Shown piece after piece: positions 40,802 through 49,956 of a DNA stretch of 64,000 bases (positions within the stretch are counted from its first letter, which is position 1; every line of letters begins with the position of its first letter). The DNA is from a virus: positions 117,219 to 181,218 of IMG/VR virus record IMGVR_UViG_3300037420_001874; one strand, given 5' to 3'. The notes under the pieces are model-generated. The model saw only the letters and a program-made list of their open reading frames with translations. It did no database searches and was not told the DNA's origin. The position numbers and the translations under genes were made by a program.

Positions 40802-41452
40802 ATGGCCTCGACCTACTACCTGATCGATCTCTCGTCCGACACGATCGCCGAGGCTGTGGAGCCGCCCGAGGCGCTCCCGCAGGCCCTCATCACCGGCTGT
40901 TATGTCGTCCGCGTCCCGAGCGATGTCGACGTGCAGGAGCCGACCAATCTGGCCGATCTTCTCACGAAGAAGTACCAGGGGACGCTCGCGGCCCACGCCC
41001 TCTTCGCCTCGATCGAGTACGACGATATGCTCGACGCTTCGGGGGTCGACACGGTCAACCCCGCAACGATCAACGTGCAGCTCGGTGAACGTGGGGGGAT
41101 CTGTCTCCTCCGCAACGGCATCCTTCAGACGACCGTGAGTTCGATCGCGTGGTCGGGGCCAGCTCCGGGACCGGACGAGGCCCTCGTGACCTGGGAGGTC
41201 TTCCGCTACGACGACGTGGACGACAAGACCGCCCCCTATGCCCGGTACTACCGCGAGATCGACGCTCTCGCGGCTCCCGTGGGGTGCGAGATCAGCTTCG
41301 ATGGCGGTACGACCTGGACGGGGGCGACGGACAAGAGCCTGACCTCGATCCCCTTGGCGAAGAGGGGCACCTCTCTCGTCCTGAAGTTCTCTCGTACCGG
41401 GGGTCTTTCGACCCACCGCTACTTCCTCGGTTCTTGGTCGGTTCTCTTCTGA
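40802..41452 (+). CDS. Hypothetical structural protein (216 aa)
   Basis: ATG at 40802 after GGAGA (the track start at 40763 is an overextension); beta-rich (CEISFDGGTTW). Confidence 0.6.
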   Translation: MASTYYLIDLSSDTIAEAVEPPEALPQALITGCYVVRVPSDVDVQEPTNLADLLTKKYQGTLAAHALFASIEYDDMLDASGVDTVNPATINVQLGERGGICLLRNGILQTTVSSIAWSGPAPGPDEALVTWEVFRYDDVDDKTAPYARYYREIDALAAPVGCEISFDGGTTWTGATDKSLTSIPLAKRGTSLVLKFSRTGGLSTHRYFLGSWSVLF

Positions 41453-41488
41453 TTCCCCCTCCCGTGTAAAGGACGGATGTAAAAGCCC

Positions 41489-44400
41489 ATGGCGGACAAC
41501 TTCGGCAGCGGGGTATCCCGAGTTCTCGATCCCAAGAAGGCGGCCTTCCACCAGGTCATCTGGCAGAAGGGCAAGCCTCCGCTCGACAGCGAGCTGAACC
41601 TGATTCAGCAGCTCGAAAACGACTGGAGGCAGCAGCTCGTGCTGCGGGGTACGCCTTCGGGCTGGCTCGGCAACGAGACCAACCCGAGCGAGGACTTCGT
41701 CACCCATCCTTCGGTCTCGAATGGGTTCCGTTACGGCCGTCAGAGGTCGGGTGAGAAGCAGGCGATCCAGTGGGCCGTGGTCAACGGCTGGCTCATCCCT
41801 GTCACGGGAACCCGCACCGGCACCCCGCCTGGGGCCCCGAACGATGCCGACACCTGGAACGCCATCGCGCTCGACCCCCCTCCGTCGAACTCGGGCGACT
41901 TCCGCACCGACTTCGTCTTCTTGGAGGTCTGGCTCGCGCGGGTCCCTCCGGCTCCGGCCACCCTGAACAAGCCCTCGGCGAGCGCCATCTACCGCTATGG
42001 CAACGTGGAAGGTGGCATGAGCTACCTTCCCGATGACGTGCAGGACCCGCAGATCGGTTCGGAGACGACCGAGCGCGTGCAGGTCCAGTACCGCATCCGG
42101 GTGGTCAAGGGCCTGCTCGGCCTCTCGACCTACCCCGACGGTTTTGACCCGAGCGTGGTCAAGGCCCAGGGTGCGGCGGTCTCGGCGACGAGCTTCACCT
42201 TCTCGAACATGCGCCAAGAGCTGGGTGACCCCGGCCTCTGGCGCGCGGGCGATGGGACCCAGAACTCGCTCGGGACCGTGGACGGCTACGTCTACGCCAT
42301 CCCCCTCTGTGGCGTGTTCCGTCGCAACTCGGTGGTCTGGACGGGCGACCCCTCGCCCAACCTGAACGGCGCTTTCAACCGCAACCCCACGGCTACCGAC
42401 CGCAGCGGCTTCACCTACTTCTCGCTCAGCCCGACGATCTCGGGTTCGCTCACCGCCACGGCGACGACGCTGACGCTCAACTCGGCGAGCAACCTTCCTC
42501 TCCCCTCGTCGCCTGCGACGCCGGTTCTCATCCAGATCGGCGACGAGCTGATGACCTACACGGGCATCACGGGCACGACCGTCTCGGGTCTGATCCGAGG
42601 GGCTCGCGGCACAACGGCCGAAGCTCACCCGATGGGCTCGGTCATCAAGGTGATCTCCGGTCGGCCCGATGGTCTGTTCGCGGACCAGGTGGCCCTCACC
42701 GACATCATCGATCTGCGTCACCTGGTCAACCCCAACGGCTTCGACTACGCAGCGCTTCTCAAGGCGAACCTCGACAAGCTGATGCGAGGCCAGCTCCGCG
42801 CCAACTGGAAGAGGACCGGCTCGGGCACGCAGGGCCCGTTCGTCTTCTATCAGGACAAGGTCTCGACGAGCGCAGCCTCCCTCGGTGTGACCCAGATCGA
42901 CCGTCCCGATGGCATTCGTCAGGTCTTCTCCGATGCGGCTGTGCAGCAGAAGGTCGAGCTGATCGTCACCCCGTACACGGCTGCGGTCGTTCCTCCGGCC
43001 ACGCAGCCGGCGGGCGCCTCGTGGTCGCTCACGATCAACGCCAATGTGGCCAAGCAGGCGGCTGGCAACATCTGGACGGCGGGCGGTGACGGCGACGAAA
43101 TCGTCATCCCCATCGCCCAGTTCAAGAACTCTCTGCCTGGTTCGGACGCCGATCAGGTACGGTTCCTCAACGACGGGCTCTCGAACGCGGTCGAGATTCG
43201 TCTCGACGGAGAGGCGGACCCGCTCAACTCGTCGCAGTTCACGGTCACCCCGTCCATTCCTGGGCCGAACGATGACCTGGTCATCAAGCTCCAGGGTGTC
43301 GGGTCTCCGTTCCCGACGAGCGCGACGCCGAACCCGGTGAACCTCTACATCACCGTCCATGTCCAGTACGGTGCGGGCCGTGGTCTCTCTCGTCGACCCG
43401 ACAGCCTCCACTCGCTGACGGTGCTCAACCCGAACTCGAACCTGCTCGTGCAGCCGGGCAGCGCTTCGGGGACGAGCAACCTCTTTCCGCTTCGTACGGG
43501 ATGGGCGCTGCTCTGGAGCAAGTACCGGAACGATGTTTACAAGAACCTCCTTCCGGTCACGAGCGAGACGTACGCCGACCTCGGGTCGAAGACTGTCATC
43601 CTGACGCCCTTCCGGGTCATCCAGTTCCCGCAGGGGTCCGTCGGCGTCCGTACGCTCGACGGGGACGGCCTGAACGGCGGCCAGGGCCTCATGCCCCCGC
43701 TCAAGACCGACGGCATCACGGCCAAGTGGGGCACCACCGACCCGCTCGGTCTCTTCGCAAACTGCGACTCCGGCCTCGACGCAGCGGTCAAGAACATCTA
43801 CGTGACCCTGCCCCGGCATCTCGTTCCGGGCTGGGGAGCGCACCACGTCCCGATCCTGCCGGCCGACAACGCGACGTTCGATGCGGGCATCAACTACATG
43901 TTGATGGCAAAGAAGGGCAGCGCGCTCTCCGACGCCGATCACAACCGACAGTACGTCAACTACTCCTCGAACGCCCCGCTCTCGTACGCCTCGTTCTCGA
44001 CGGGCAACTTCTCGGGTGGCGTGACGACGACGGCGACGTACAACTCGACCTTCAGCTACTCGGGTATCACGCACGCGGGGGCTCGGTTCTTCACCGACAC
44101 CCGCAACCTCGGTCGGAAGGGCATCGAGCTGCCTCCCTTCTACGGGGTCGCTCGTCTGTTCGCGGTCTACGAATCGGCGGACTACAAGACCAACGGCTCG
44201 GCCTTCGACCCGGCGACGCGCGAGCTGACGGGCACGGGGGCGACGAACCTGCTTCGGCAGGGCTTCACGGGTCCGACCTTCTGGGTCGAGCTGGACGACG
44301 ACGGCGACAGCACCTTCATCCTGAACGCCGAGGCGCTCGATCTCTCGAAGAGCCCGACGCCGATCAGCACGTTCTCGTCGAAGCACTACGTCATCGAGGC

Positions 44401-45628
44401 GAGCATCTTCGGCTTCGACCGCGGCAGCTTCGACCTCGAACAGCCCTTCCGGCTTCTGCTCAGTCGGGACCGTACGCAGGCGAACACGACTGGAGGCGCC
44501 CCGGCTCGATCGAACAACGTCAACGTCCCGATCGTCGGGCCGACGGGCATCCTTCCCGGTCCGATGAATGCTTCGGACACGGTCTTCGCCAACTACAGCC
44601 GCACCCCCTACCAGGGCGACGCTTTCGGTAGCCAGACGAACTACCTGGACATCGGCTACTACCCCGGGTCGCTCCAGTCGGCGACGGCCTACCAGATCGC
44701 CTCGTCGCAGCTCGACGAGTCGGCCCTCACGCGACCGAACCAGAAGTCCTTGGAGGTGCTCGCTTCGCAGGGCTTCATCACGACGCTCGGCACCGGACGC
44801 CTCTCCGGGGATATCGCGTACGGGGCGGACTTCGACTTCCGCAACGTGGGCTACGAGGACCCGAACAGCTTCCCGCCGTCGTCGGGCATTGACGATCGCC
44901 CCACCGTCCTTCCGAGCACGCTCGACCTGGAGGACGGAGAGGTCGATGGCACCTACCTCGGATGTACCGAGCGTCTGCCTCTCGGCGCCCTTCACCGAGA
45001 CAAGGACTTCCGAGGGGCGCGGTTCGAGGTCTCCGGTGGGGGCTCTGCACCTCTCGCTTACGTCAACGACGAGGGCCTCGCGAACTTCACCCCGAGCCTC
45101 GCCAAGAGCCAGAAGTACGAGCAGACCGAGATCACGCTCCTGCCGGCCACGGCGTCTTCGGGTCAGCCTGGAGACGTGCTGGTCCACGTCGATGGCGAGA
45201 CCGGCAGTTACGGCACGCTCACCAACTTCCGCACTTTCCGCGGGGGCTCGGCGTTCTCGGCGGCCGGTTCGCATCCGGGCGGAGACGTGTACTCGAACTA
45301 CCGCGAGATTGCCTCGACTTCGGGACACACGAATGTCCTCGTGGGCAAGGCGTACCTCGTGCGAAACACGGTCACGAGCGTCGGATCGAATGAGGTCTCA
45401 GCCGGCGACGAGCTGATGATGCTCATCGTCACGACGGCCTACGCGCTGGGGAGTGTCACTCCCATGGTTTCGATGGTGCGAATGAACACCAACGGCACCG
45501 GCGAAGGTCTCTCGGCTGCGGATCTCTACCGCATCGAAGGCCGCCCGCTCCTCTCCAACCACGTTCGCTACACGGTCGACCCGGCCTCGGTGACCTTGCC
45601 GAGCAAGACCATCCTGGGGTTTTACTGA
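41489..45628 (+). CDS. Large tail fibre/baseplate protein, DUF4815-like N-terminus, paralogue 2
   Basis: VSRVLDPKKAAF..VIWQKGKPPLDSELN; ETTERVQVQYRIRV, GDPGLWRAG, GTVDGYVYAIPLCGVFRRN and RPDGLF.D blocks are shared with 35714..38323. Confidence 0.6.
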   Translation: MADNFGSGVSRVLDPKKAAFHQVIWQKGKPPLDSELNLIQQLENDWRQQLVLRGTPSGWLGNETNPSEDFVTHPSVSNGFRYGRQRSGEKQAIQWAVVNGWLIPVTGTRTGTPPGAPNDADTWNAIALDPPPSNSGDFRTDFVFLEVWLARVPPAPATLNKPSASAIYRYGNVEGGMSYLPDDVQDPQIGSETTERVQVQYRIRVVKGLLGLSTYPDGFDPSVVKAQGAAVSATSFTFSNMRQELGDPGLWRAGDGTQNSLGTVDGYVYAIPLCGVFRRNSVVWTGDPSPNLNGAFNRNPTATDRSGFTYFSLSPTISGSLTATATTLTLNSASNLPLPSSPATPVLIQIGDELMTYTGITGTTVSGLIRGARGTTAEAHPMGSVIKVISGRPDGLFADQVALTDIIDLRHLVNPNGFDYAALLKANLDKLMRGQLRANWKRTGSGTQGPFVFYQDKVSTSAASLGVTQIDRPDGIRQVFSDAAVQQKVELIVTPYTAAVVPPATQPAGASWSLTINANVAKQAAGNIWTAGGDGDEIVIPIAQFKNSLPGSDADQVRFLNDGLSNAVEIRLDGEADPLNSSQFTVTPSIPGPNDDLVIKLQGVGSPFPTSATPNPVNLYITVHVQYGAGRGLSRRPDSLHSLTVLNPNSNLLVQPGSASGTSNLFPLRTGWALLWSKYRNDVYKNLLPVTSETYADLGSKTVILTPFRVIQFPQGSVGVRTLDGDGLNGGQGLMPPLKTDGITAKWGTTDPLGLFANCDSGLDAAVKNIYVTLPRHLVPGWGAHHVPILPADNATFDAGINYMLMAKKGSALSDADHNRQYVNYSSNAPLSYASFSTGNFSGGVTTTATYNSTFSYSGITHAGARFFTDTRNLGRKGIELPPFYGVARLFAVYESADYKTNGSAFDPATRELTGTGATNLLRQGFTGPTFWVELDDDGDSTFILNAEALDLSKSPTPISTFSSKHYVIEASIFGFDRGSFDLEQPFRLLLSRDRTQANTTGGAPARSNNVNVPIVGPTGILPGPMNASDTVFANYSRTPYQGDAFGSQTNYLDIGYYPGSLQSATAYQIASSQLDESALTRPNQKSLEVLASQGFITTLGTGRLSGDIAYGADFDFRNVGYEDPNSFPPSSGIDDRPTVLPSTLDLEDGEVDGTYLGCTERLPLGALHRDKDFRGARFEVSGGGSAPLAYVNDEGLANFTPSLAKSQKYEQTEITLLPATASSGQPGDVLVHVDGETGSYGTLTNFRTFRGGSAFSAAGSHPGGDVYSNYREIASTSGHTNVLVGKAYLVRNTVTSVGSNEVSAGDELMMLIVTTAYALGSVTPMVSMVRMNTNGTGEGLSAADLYRIEGRPLLSNHVRYTVDPASVTLPSKTILGFY

Positions 45629-45984
45629 TGGCTCGTGGATCTTTCTCAATCGAAACGGTCCCCCTTCGCTACCGGTCGAAGGGGGCCATGCGGGCCCGGG
45701 CTGTCATCCGGGACATGCTCGCCAACCCGTTTCTCTCCGAGACCCAGAGGATGCACTTCGAGGCGCGGCTTCTCGACATCGCCATTTGGGAGCAGGGGGG
45801 GCTGGGTGTCCGAGGGGGCGGAGGCGGCGAGGGTGGCGGAGGCGGTGGTGTGGGCGGGGGAGGGGGTGGCGTGACGCTTGCTCGGGGCGGCGCCCCCTCC
45901 CCCTCTTCACCTGCGGCCCCTTCGGGTACTGGAGAGCATCACGAAGTGGGTGTGGGCGAGACCCTTCAGGTGCAAGAGTCCTGA
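45628..45984 (+). CDS. Small protein with poly-Gly linker (possible fibre assembly/accessory protein)
   Basis: TGATG-coupled to the fibre gene; GGGGGEGGGGGGVGGGGGG linker; ends GETLQVQES. Confidence 0.55.
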   Translation: MARGSFSIETVPLRYRSKGAMRARAVIRDMLANPFLSETQRMHFEARLLDIAIWEQGGLGVRGGGGGEGGGGGGVGGGGGGVTLARGGAPSPSSPAAPSGTGEHHEVGVGETLQVQES

Positions 45985-46000
45985 TCTAGGTCGTCCGGGT

Positions 46001-46028
46001 TTTCGTTTTATTGGGCCTCCGCTTGTGA
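46001..46028 (+). promoter_or_regulatory. Putative phage promoter (TAT-N13-GTGA)
   Basis: TTTCGTTTTAT-TGGGCCTCCGCTT-GTGA before the holin-like gene. Confidence 0.45.
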
Positions 46029-46038
46029 GGTCCTACCG

Positions 46039-47772
46039 ATGAACCTGGACGACATTTTCAACGCTTTCGTCAACCCCCAGACGATCCTCATCTGCCTGGT
46101 CGTGTACGTGATGACGTTCGCGATCCGAACGGCCGTCGAGGCTCTCTGGAAGAGCGCTTCCCACAACCTGCTCTGGAACGAGCTGTTTCTGCCGCTCGGT
46201 CCGATCGCCAACGGCGCCCTTCTCGGCCTCGCGGCCAAGACCTTCGTGTGGCCCGAGGTGGCGGGTGGCTCGCTCGCCGGCCGGATGATGTACGGCGCGG
46301 TCTGCGGCCTCTTCTCCGCGTTCGTCTACGGCCGTGCTCGTTCGTTCGCCGAGGCCAAGGCTTCGAGCGTGCTCGGGCAGAAGTTACCGTCCCCTCTCGC
46401 AAAGACCGTTCGAGGAGCTTTCACCATGGTTGCCGATCCGAAGCGCGTCGCCTCCAAGTTCACCCAGGCCGAGCGTCTGGCGTCTGATTTCTTCGAGCTG
46501 AGGTACGCGCGGCTCCTCGTCGCGATGACGTTGCAGGAGGCCAAGAAGATCCTTGGCCTCGACCCCCTGAAGACGCCTACCGAGGACGAGATCAGAAAGG
46601 CGTACCGGGCGCTGGCTTTTGCCAACCATCCCGATCGCGGCGGTACCCACGAGAAGATCGTGGAGATCAACACTGCGAAGGACGTGCTCGAAGGCAAGCA
46701 GAAGCCTACGTGGACGCCGTCGCCGTCGCCTCGCCCCTCGAATCCCTGGCCCTACCCGGGTGAACGCGGAGCGCCGCCTCCGCCGAGGGACCCGCCCAAG
46801 CCGTATACGAAGGTGCCGGGTGTCACGTTCGCCGAGGCGAAGAGCGCTGGCAACGTCCCGACCTCGGCCGAGTGGAAGGTCTGCTCGACCGAGACCTGGC
46901 CGAAGGGTGACGCGGGCGAGCGCCGGATCATCTTCTGGGTGGTCTACGGGCAGACCAACAGCCAGCACGTCTTTCTCCTGGTGACGCGCAAGGGCTCCTA
47001 CTACGACCACGAAAAGCGCCTCGAACACGAGAACGAATACGGCATGGCCGTCGCCACGGCCTCGAAGTCGCAGGACCTCATCAAGATCGCTCCGAAGCTC
47101 ATCAAGAGTCTGATGGGCTCAGAGCTGCTCGCCGGCCGCACCGTGAGGGCCCCGGTCAAGTACAAGCTCTGGCCGGAGAGTCAGTCGCTCACCGAGGAGA
47201 CCATCAGCAAGATCGGCTACTCGGGGGCGATGGCGCTGAAGGACGCGCTCAAGGGGGCGGGGGTCCTGACGGGCGACGAGAAGGGCATGGCCGACCGCAA
47301 GTCTCGGGTCGAGGTCTACTGCCGCTTCAATCAGGACAAGTACAAGGCCATGCAGGCCAAGAAGAAGAGCGGCGAGATCCGCATGGTCGAGTCCTGGCAG
47401 GTCGTCGACATGTTCGTGGTCTTCAACGGCAAGGAATACCAGCTCGCCGACGACACGATCGAGAACCTTCAGAAGAACAACTTCATCCTGGCTGTCTTCG
47501 GCTACAAGATGGAGCAGCGCAAGGTTCTGAACAACAACACGGGCAAGATGTTCGGCCGGGGCTACTCGCCGGGCTACCTCATGGGCCTGCTCGCCGACGC
47601 GCTCACGAGCGAGCCCTCGTCGCTCATCATCCAGCTCACGGCCGAGGCCGAGAAGCTGCAAGATGCCGGGGCCAAGACGGCGTGCATGAGGGCCTTCCGG
47701 GCGAGCACCACGCTCGAAGACACGGCCCTGATGTTCGGCCTCGATCTCTACGACGCCTTCCGCGCCCTCTGA
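46039..47772 (+). CDS. Code-11 ORF joining a holin-like membrane protein (46039..46386, ending at TTA) and a J-domain protein (46426..47772); probably two genes
   Basis: First 115 aa contain ~3 hydrophobic helices. TTA at 46384, GAGGAG at 46412-46417 and in-frame ATG at 46426. J-domain LQEAKKILGL...EIRKAYRALAFANHPDRGG..EKIVEINTAKDVL with an intact HPD motif. Confidence 0.75.
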   Translation: MNLDDIFNAFVNPQTILICLVVYVMTFAIRTAVEALWKSASHNLLWNELFLPLGPIANGALLGLAAKTFVWPEVAGGSLAGRMMYGAVCGLFSAFVYGRARSFAEAKASSVLGQKLPSPLAKTVRGAFTMVADPKRVASKFTQAERLASDFFELRYARLLVAMTLQEAKKILGLDPLKTPTEDEIRKAYRALAFANHPDRGGTHEKIVEINTAKDVLEGKQKPTWTPSPSPRPSNPWPYPGERGAPPPPRDPPKPYTKVPGVTFAEAKSAGNVPTSAEWKVCSTETWPKGDAGERRIIFWVVYGQTNSQHVFLLVTRKGSYYDHEKRLEHENEYGMAVATASKSQDLIKIAPKLIKSLMGSELLAGRTVRAPVKYKLWPESQSLTEETISKIGYSGAMALKDALKGAGVLTGDEKGMADRKSRVEVYCRFNQDKYKAMQAKKKSGEIRMVESWQVVDMFVVFNGKEYQLADDTIENLQKNNFILAVFGYKMEQRKVLNNNTGKMFGRGYSPGYLMGLLADALTSEPSSLIIQLTAEAEKLQDAGAKTACMRAFRASTTLEDTALMFGLDLYDAFRAL

Positions 47773-47778
47773 GGTTCC

Positions 47779-48318
47779 ATGAGCCCTGACAGCACGTCGT
47801 TCTGGGCCCGCACCTGGCAGGGCTTCCGAGCCGCCCTCGCGTGGCTCGGTCAGAAGGTGGTCGGGCCCCTGCTCGCTGTTCTCGTCGTCATCGGAGCGAT
47901 CTTGCTCCTGGCGATGGGGGCCAAGGGCCTTCAGATCGGCGGGTTGCTCGGCAAGCTCCTCGGTCGCAAGGACGAGCCCGAAAAGAAGACCGTCGAGATC
48001 GCCAACACGATCCCCCCGGGCCGCGTCGACAAGGACGGAAAGCTCATCCCGCAGGGCACGCCCGACTCGCAGGGGATGGTGCAAGCCGTCGTCGTGCCGG
48101 TCGACCAGCCGGGCCTCTTCTCGAAGCCGGGGACGGTGACCTTCACGCCTCCGGGCGAGACCAAGCCCGTCGAGGTGGTCTTGCCCGACGGGGTCAAGAA
48201 TCAGGACGTGGCGCAGGTCGTGGTCGTCTCGCCAAGCGTGGTCGTTGTCACGGTCAAGGACAGCTCGGGTGTGCCGGCCGCCCAGGTGGACGACCTCTTG
48301 AAGAAGTACGGGGGCTAG
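47779..48318 (+). CDS. Membrane-anchored protein, possible spanin-like lysis component
   Basis: One N-terminal TM helix (LLAVLVVIGAILLLAMGA) and a Pro/Val-rich soluble part; close to the holin-like gene; TAG stop. Confidence 0.45.
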   Translation: MSPDSTSFWARTWQGFRAALAWLGQKVVGPLLAVLVVIGAILLLAMGAKGLQIGGLLGKLLGRKDEPEKKTVEIANTIPPGRVDKDGKLIPQGTPDSQGMVQAVVVPVDQPGLFSKPGTVTFTPPGETKPVEVVLPDGVKNQDVAQVVVVSPSVVVVTVKDSSGVPAAQVDDLLKKYGG

Positions 48319-48325
48319 AGGCGCG

Positions 48326-49927
48326 ATGATGAGCCTGGCAGACCGTGTAGCGGCCACGTACCTCGCCCGGACGCTCCTGGCGGACGATCTCGACTATGAC
48401 GAGCCGGTAGACCGAGACGATCCCACCGGGGACATCGAGAGCATGAAGCGGGGCGACCGGATGCGTTTCGCCCGGCTCGACACCTTCTGGAAGAAGACCT
48501 CGGGGGCGCTGCTCGCCCAGACGAAGAAGGACCTCGAAGCCCTCGCCCAGAAGACCAACTCGGACGTGTATAAGCAGGAGGTCTCTCGCCTCAGCAAGCT
48601 TATCGTCTCGGTCATCAAGTCGGGCGAGCAGTACGACACCCTGAAGAAGGCCCTCCGCGACAAGCTCTGGACGTATGACCTCGATGCGGTTTTGGAGAAG
48701 CTCCTCGGCTTCGAGACCCAGTACGAAGACCTGACCGAGAAGCTCTGGGCCGGGTCAAACCTGGTCAAGCAGTGGAAGGAGCTGACGCGGCTGGAGAGGT
48801 TCCTCTACCGGTACAACCTGCCAAACGAGCTGCGCGAGGAGTACAAGGAGCTGGAAGACAAGAAGCTTCCGGCGGTCAAGAAGTGCGAAGCTTTGCCCAA
48901 CGGGGCGCATCCTCCCTTCGGGACGCGCGGGGCCTGGCTCGGGGGCGAGGTCAGCAACCTGCTTGGGGCCGTCCTCCGGGAGAAGCACAAGGCCCTGGCA
49001 ACCACGTCTCCCGAGGAGCTGGCCGAAGAGGAGGAGCGGGATCGGGCCGACGCCAAGCGGCTGGCCGAAATGAAAAAGGCCATGTCCTCGGCGCTCTCGT
49101 CCTACTCGAAGAAGCTTCTTCGGGAGATCGAAAAGGCGTTCGTGGTCGAGTGGAACGCGAGCGACATCGATGTCTACGGCGGCTCGACGGGCAAGTGGGG
49201 CCAGGCCAAGATGATCCTGTCGCACCCGCGTCGGGATGAGTTCTTGAGCTTGCAGCTCAAGGTCGAGGACTTCGACGAGAGCAAGCTCTCGAACGCCACG
49301 CTCACGGTGGCCCTCAATGTCCTCGGTGGCCCGCAGAAGTGGACCGAGACCTACAACCACGTCCCGGACCCCAAGGCCATCGTGGGCAAGCTCCCCCGCG
49401 AGGAGCTTCTCGCCATCACGCTGCAAACTTCGGTCTACGATTGGCACGACCACGACTATACGACTCGCATCGTCGGTCTGAACGAGAAGGCTGTGCGGCG
49501 AGAGGCTGTGAAGTACGAGGCGGTCAAGTCGATCAAGCGGATCGAGGACCGGCTCGATGACTGGCAGACCGATCAGGAATGGAACCTCCCCCGCTTCCGC
49601 GACCAGGCCGCCGAGGCATTCCGGGACTGGCTCGCGGGCGATGGGGATAGTGCTTCGTACGACGAGCAGGACAAGAAGGAAGCGGAGCTGTACGCGGAGG
49701 CGGACCGGAAGGCCGAAGAAGAGAAGCGGCAGATTGCCAGCCGTCGACCGGCTCAAAAGGCCGTCTTCGAGGCAGAGGCCAAGGAGACCATCGCCGAGCG
49801 CACGCGCTACATCTCGTGGCGGGCCATCAAGGATCTGATCGGTTTCTCGGACGCGGCGAAGAGCAAGCTGGTCGACCAGCTCAACAAGAAGCCCTCCGCC
49901 GTTCTTCAAGTCCCCTACGAGGGCTGA
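48326..49927 (+). CDS. Hypothetical charged helical protein (533 aa), possibly virion-packaged
   Basis: Long codon-biased ORF; N-terminal LADRVAATYLA leader resembles the PKRVASKF leader of the J-domain protein. Confidence 0.55.
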   Translation: MMSLADRVAATYLARTLLADDLDYDEPVDRDDPTGDIESMKRGDRMRFARLDTFWKKTSGALLAQTKKDLEALAQKTNSDVYKQEVSRLSKLIVSVIKSGEQYDTLKKALRDKLWTYDLDAVLEKLLGFETQYEDLTEKLWAGSNLVKQWKELTRLERFLYRYNLPNELREEYKELEDKKLPAVKKCEALPNGAHPPFGTRGAWLGGEVSNLLGAVLREKHKALATTSPEELAEEEERDRADAKRLAEMKKAMSSALSSYSKKLLREIEKAFVVEWNASDIDVYGGSTGKWGQAKMILSHPRRDEFLSLQLKVEDFDESKLSNATLTVALNVLGGPQKWTETYNHVPDPKAIVGKLPREELLAITLQTSVYDWHDHDYTTRIVGLNEKAVRREAVKYEAVKSIKRIEDRLDDWQTDQEWNLPRFRDQAAEAFRDWLAGDGDSASYDEQDKKEAELYAEADRKAEEEKRQIASRRPAQKAVFEAEAKETIAERTRYISWRAIKDLIGFSDAAKSKLVDQLNKKPSAVLQVPYEG

Positions 49928-49956
49928 TTTCTGCCCCTCTGTCGAGGAGAGATCGC

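Noticed and set aside
19279-45328. Very long minus-strand ORFs (19279..23076, 27698..32197, 40727..45328, also 4002..5891, 6161..8434, 57711..59279 and others)
   Set aside because: Shadow ORFs opposite real genes with strong third-position GC bias; R/V/G/D-rich, with no motifs and no separate operon structure.
1-45984. Extracellular contractile injection system or T6SS locus
   Set aside because: Contiguous with phage replication, lysis-like and capsid-like genes, and has phage-style promoters; a phage genome fits better.
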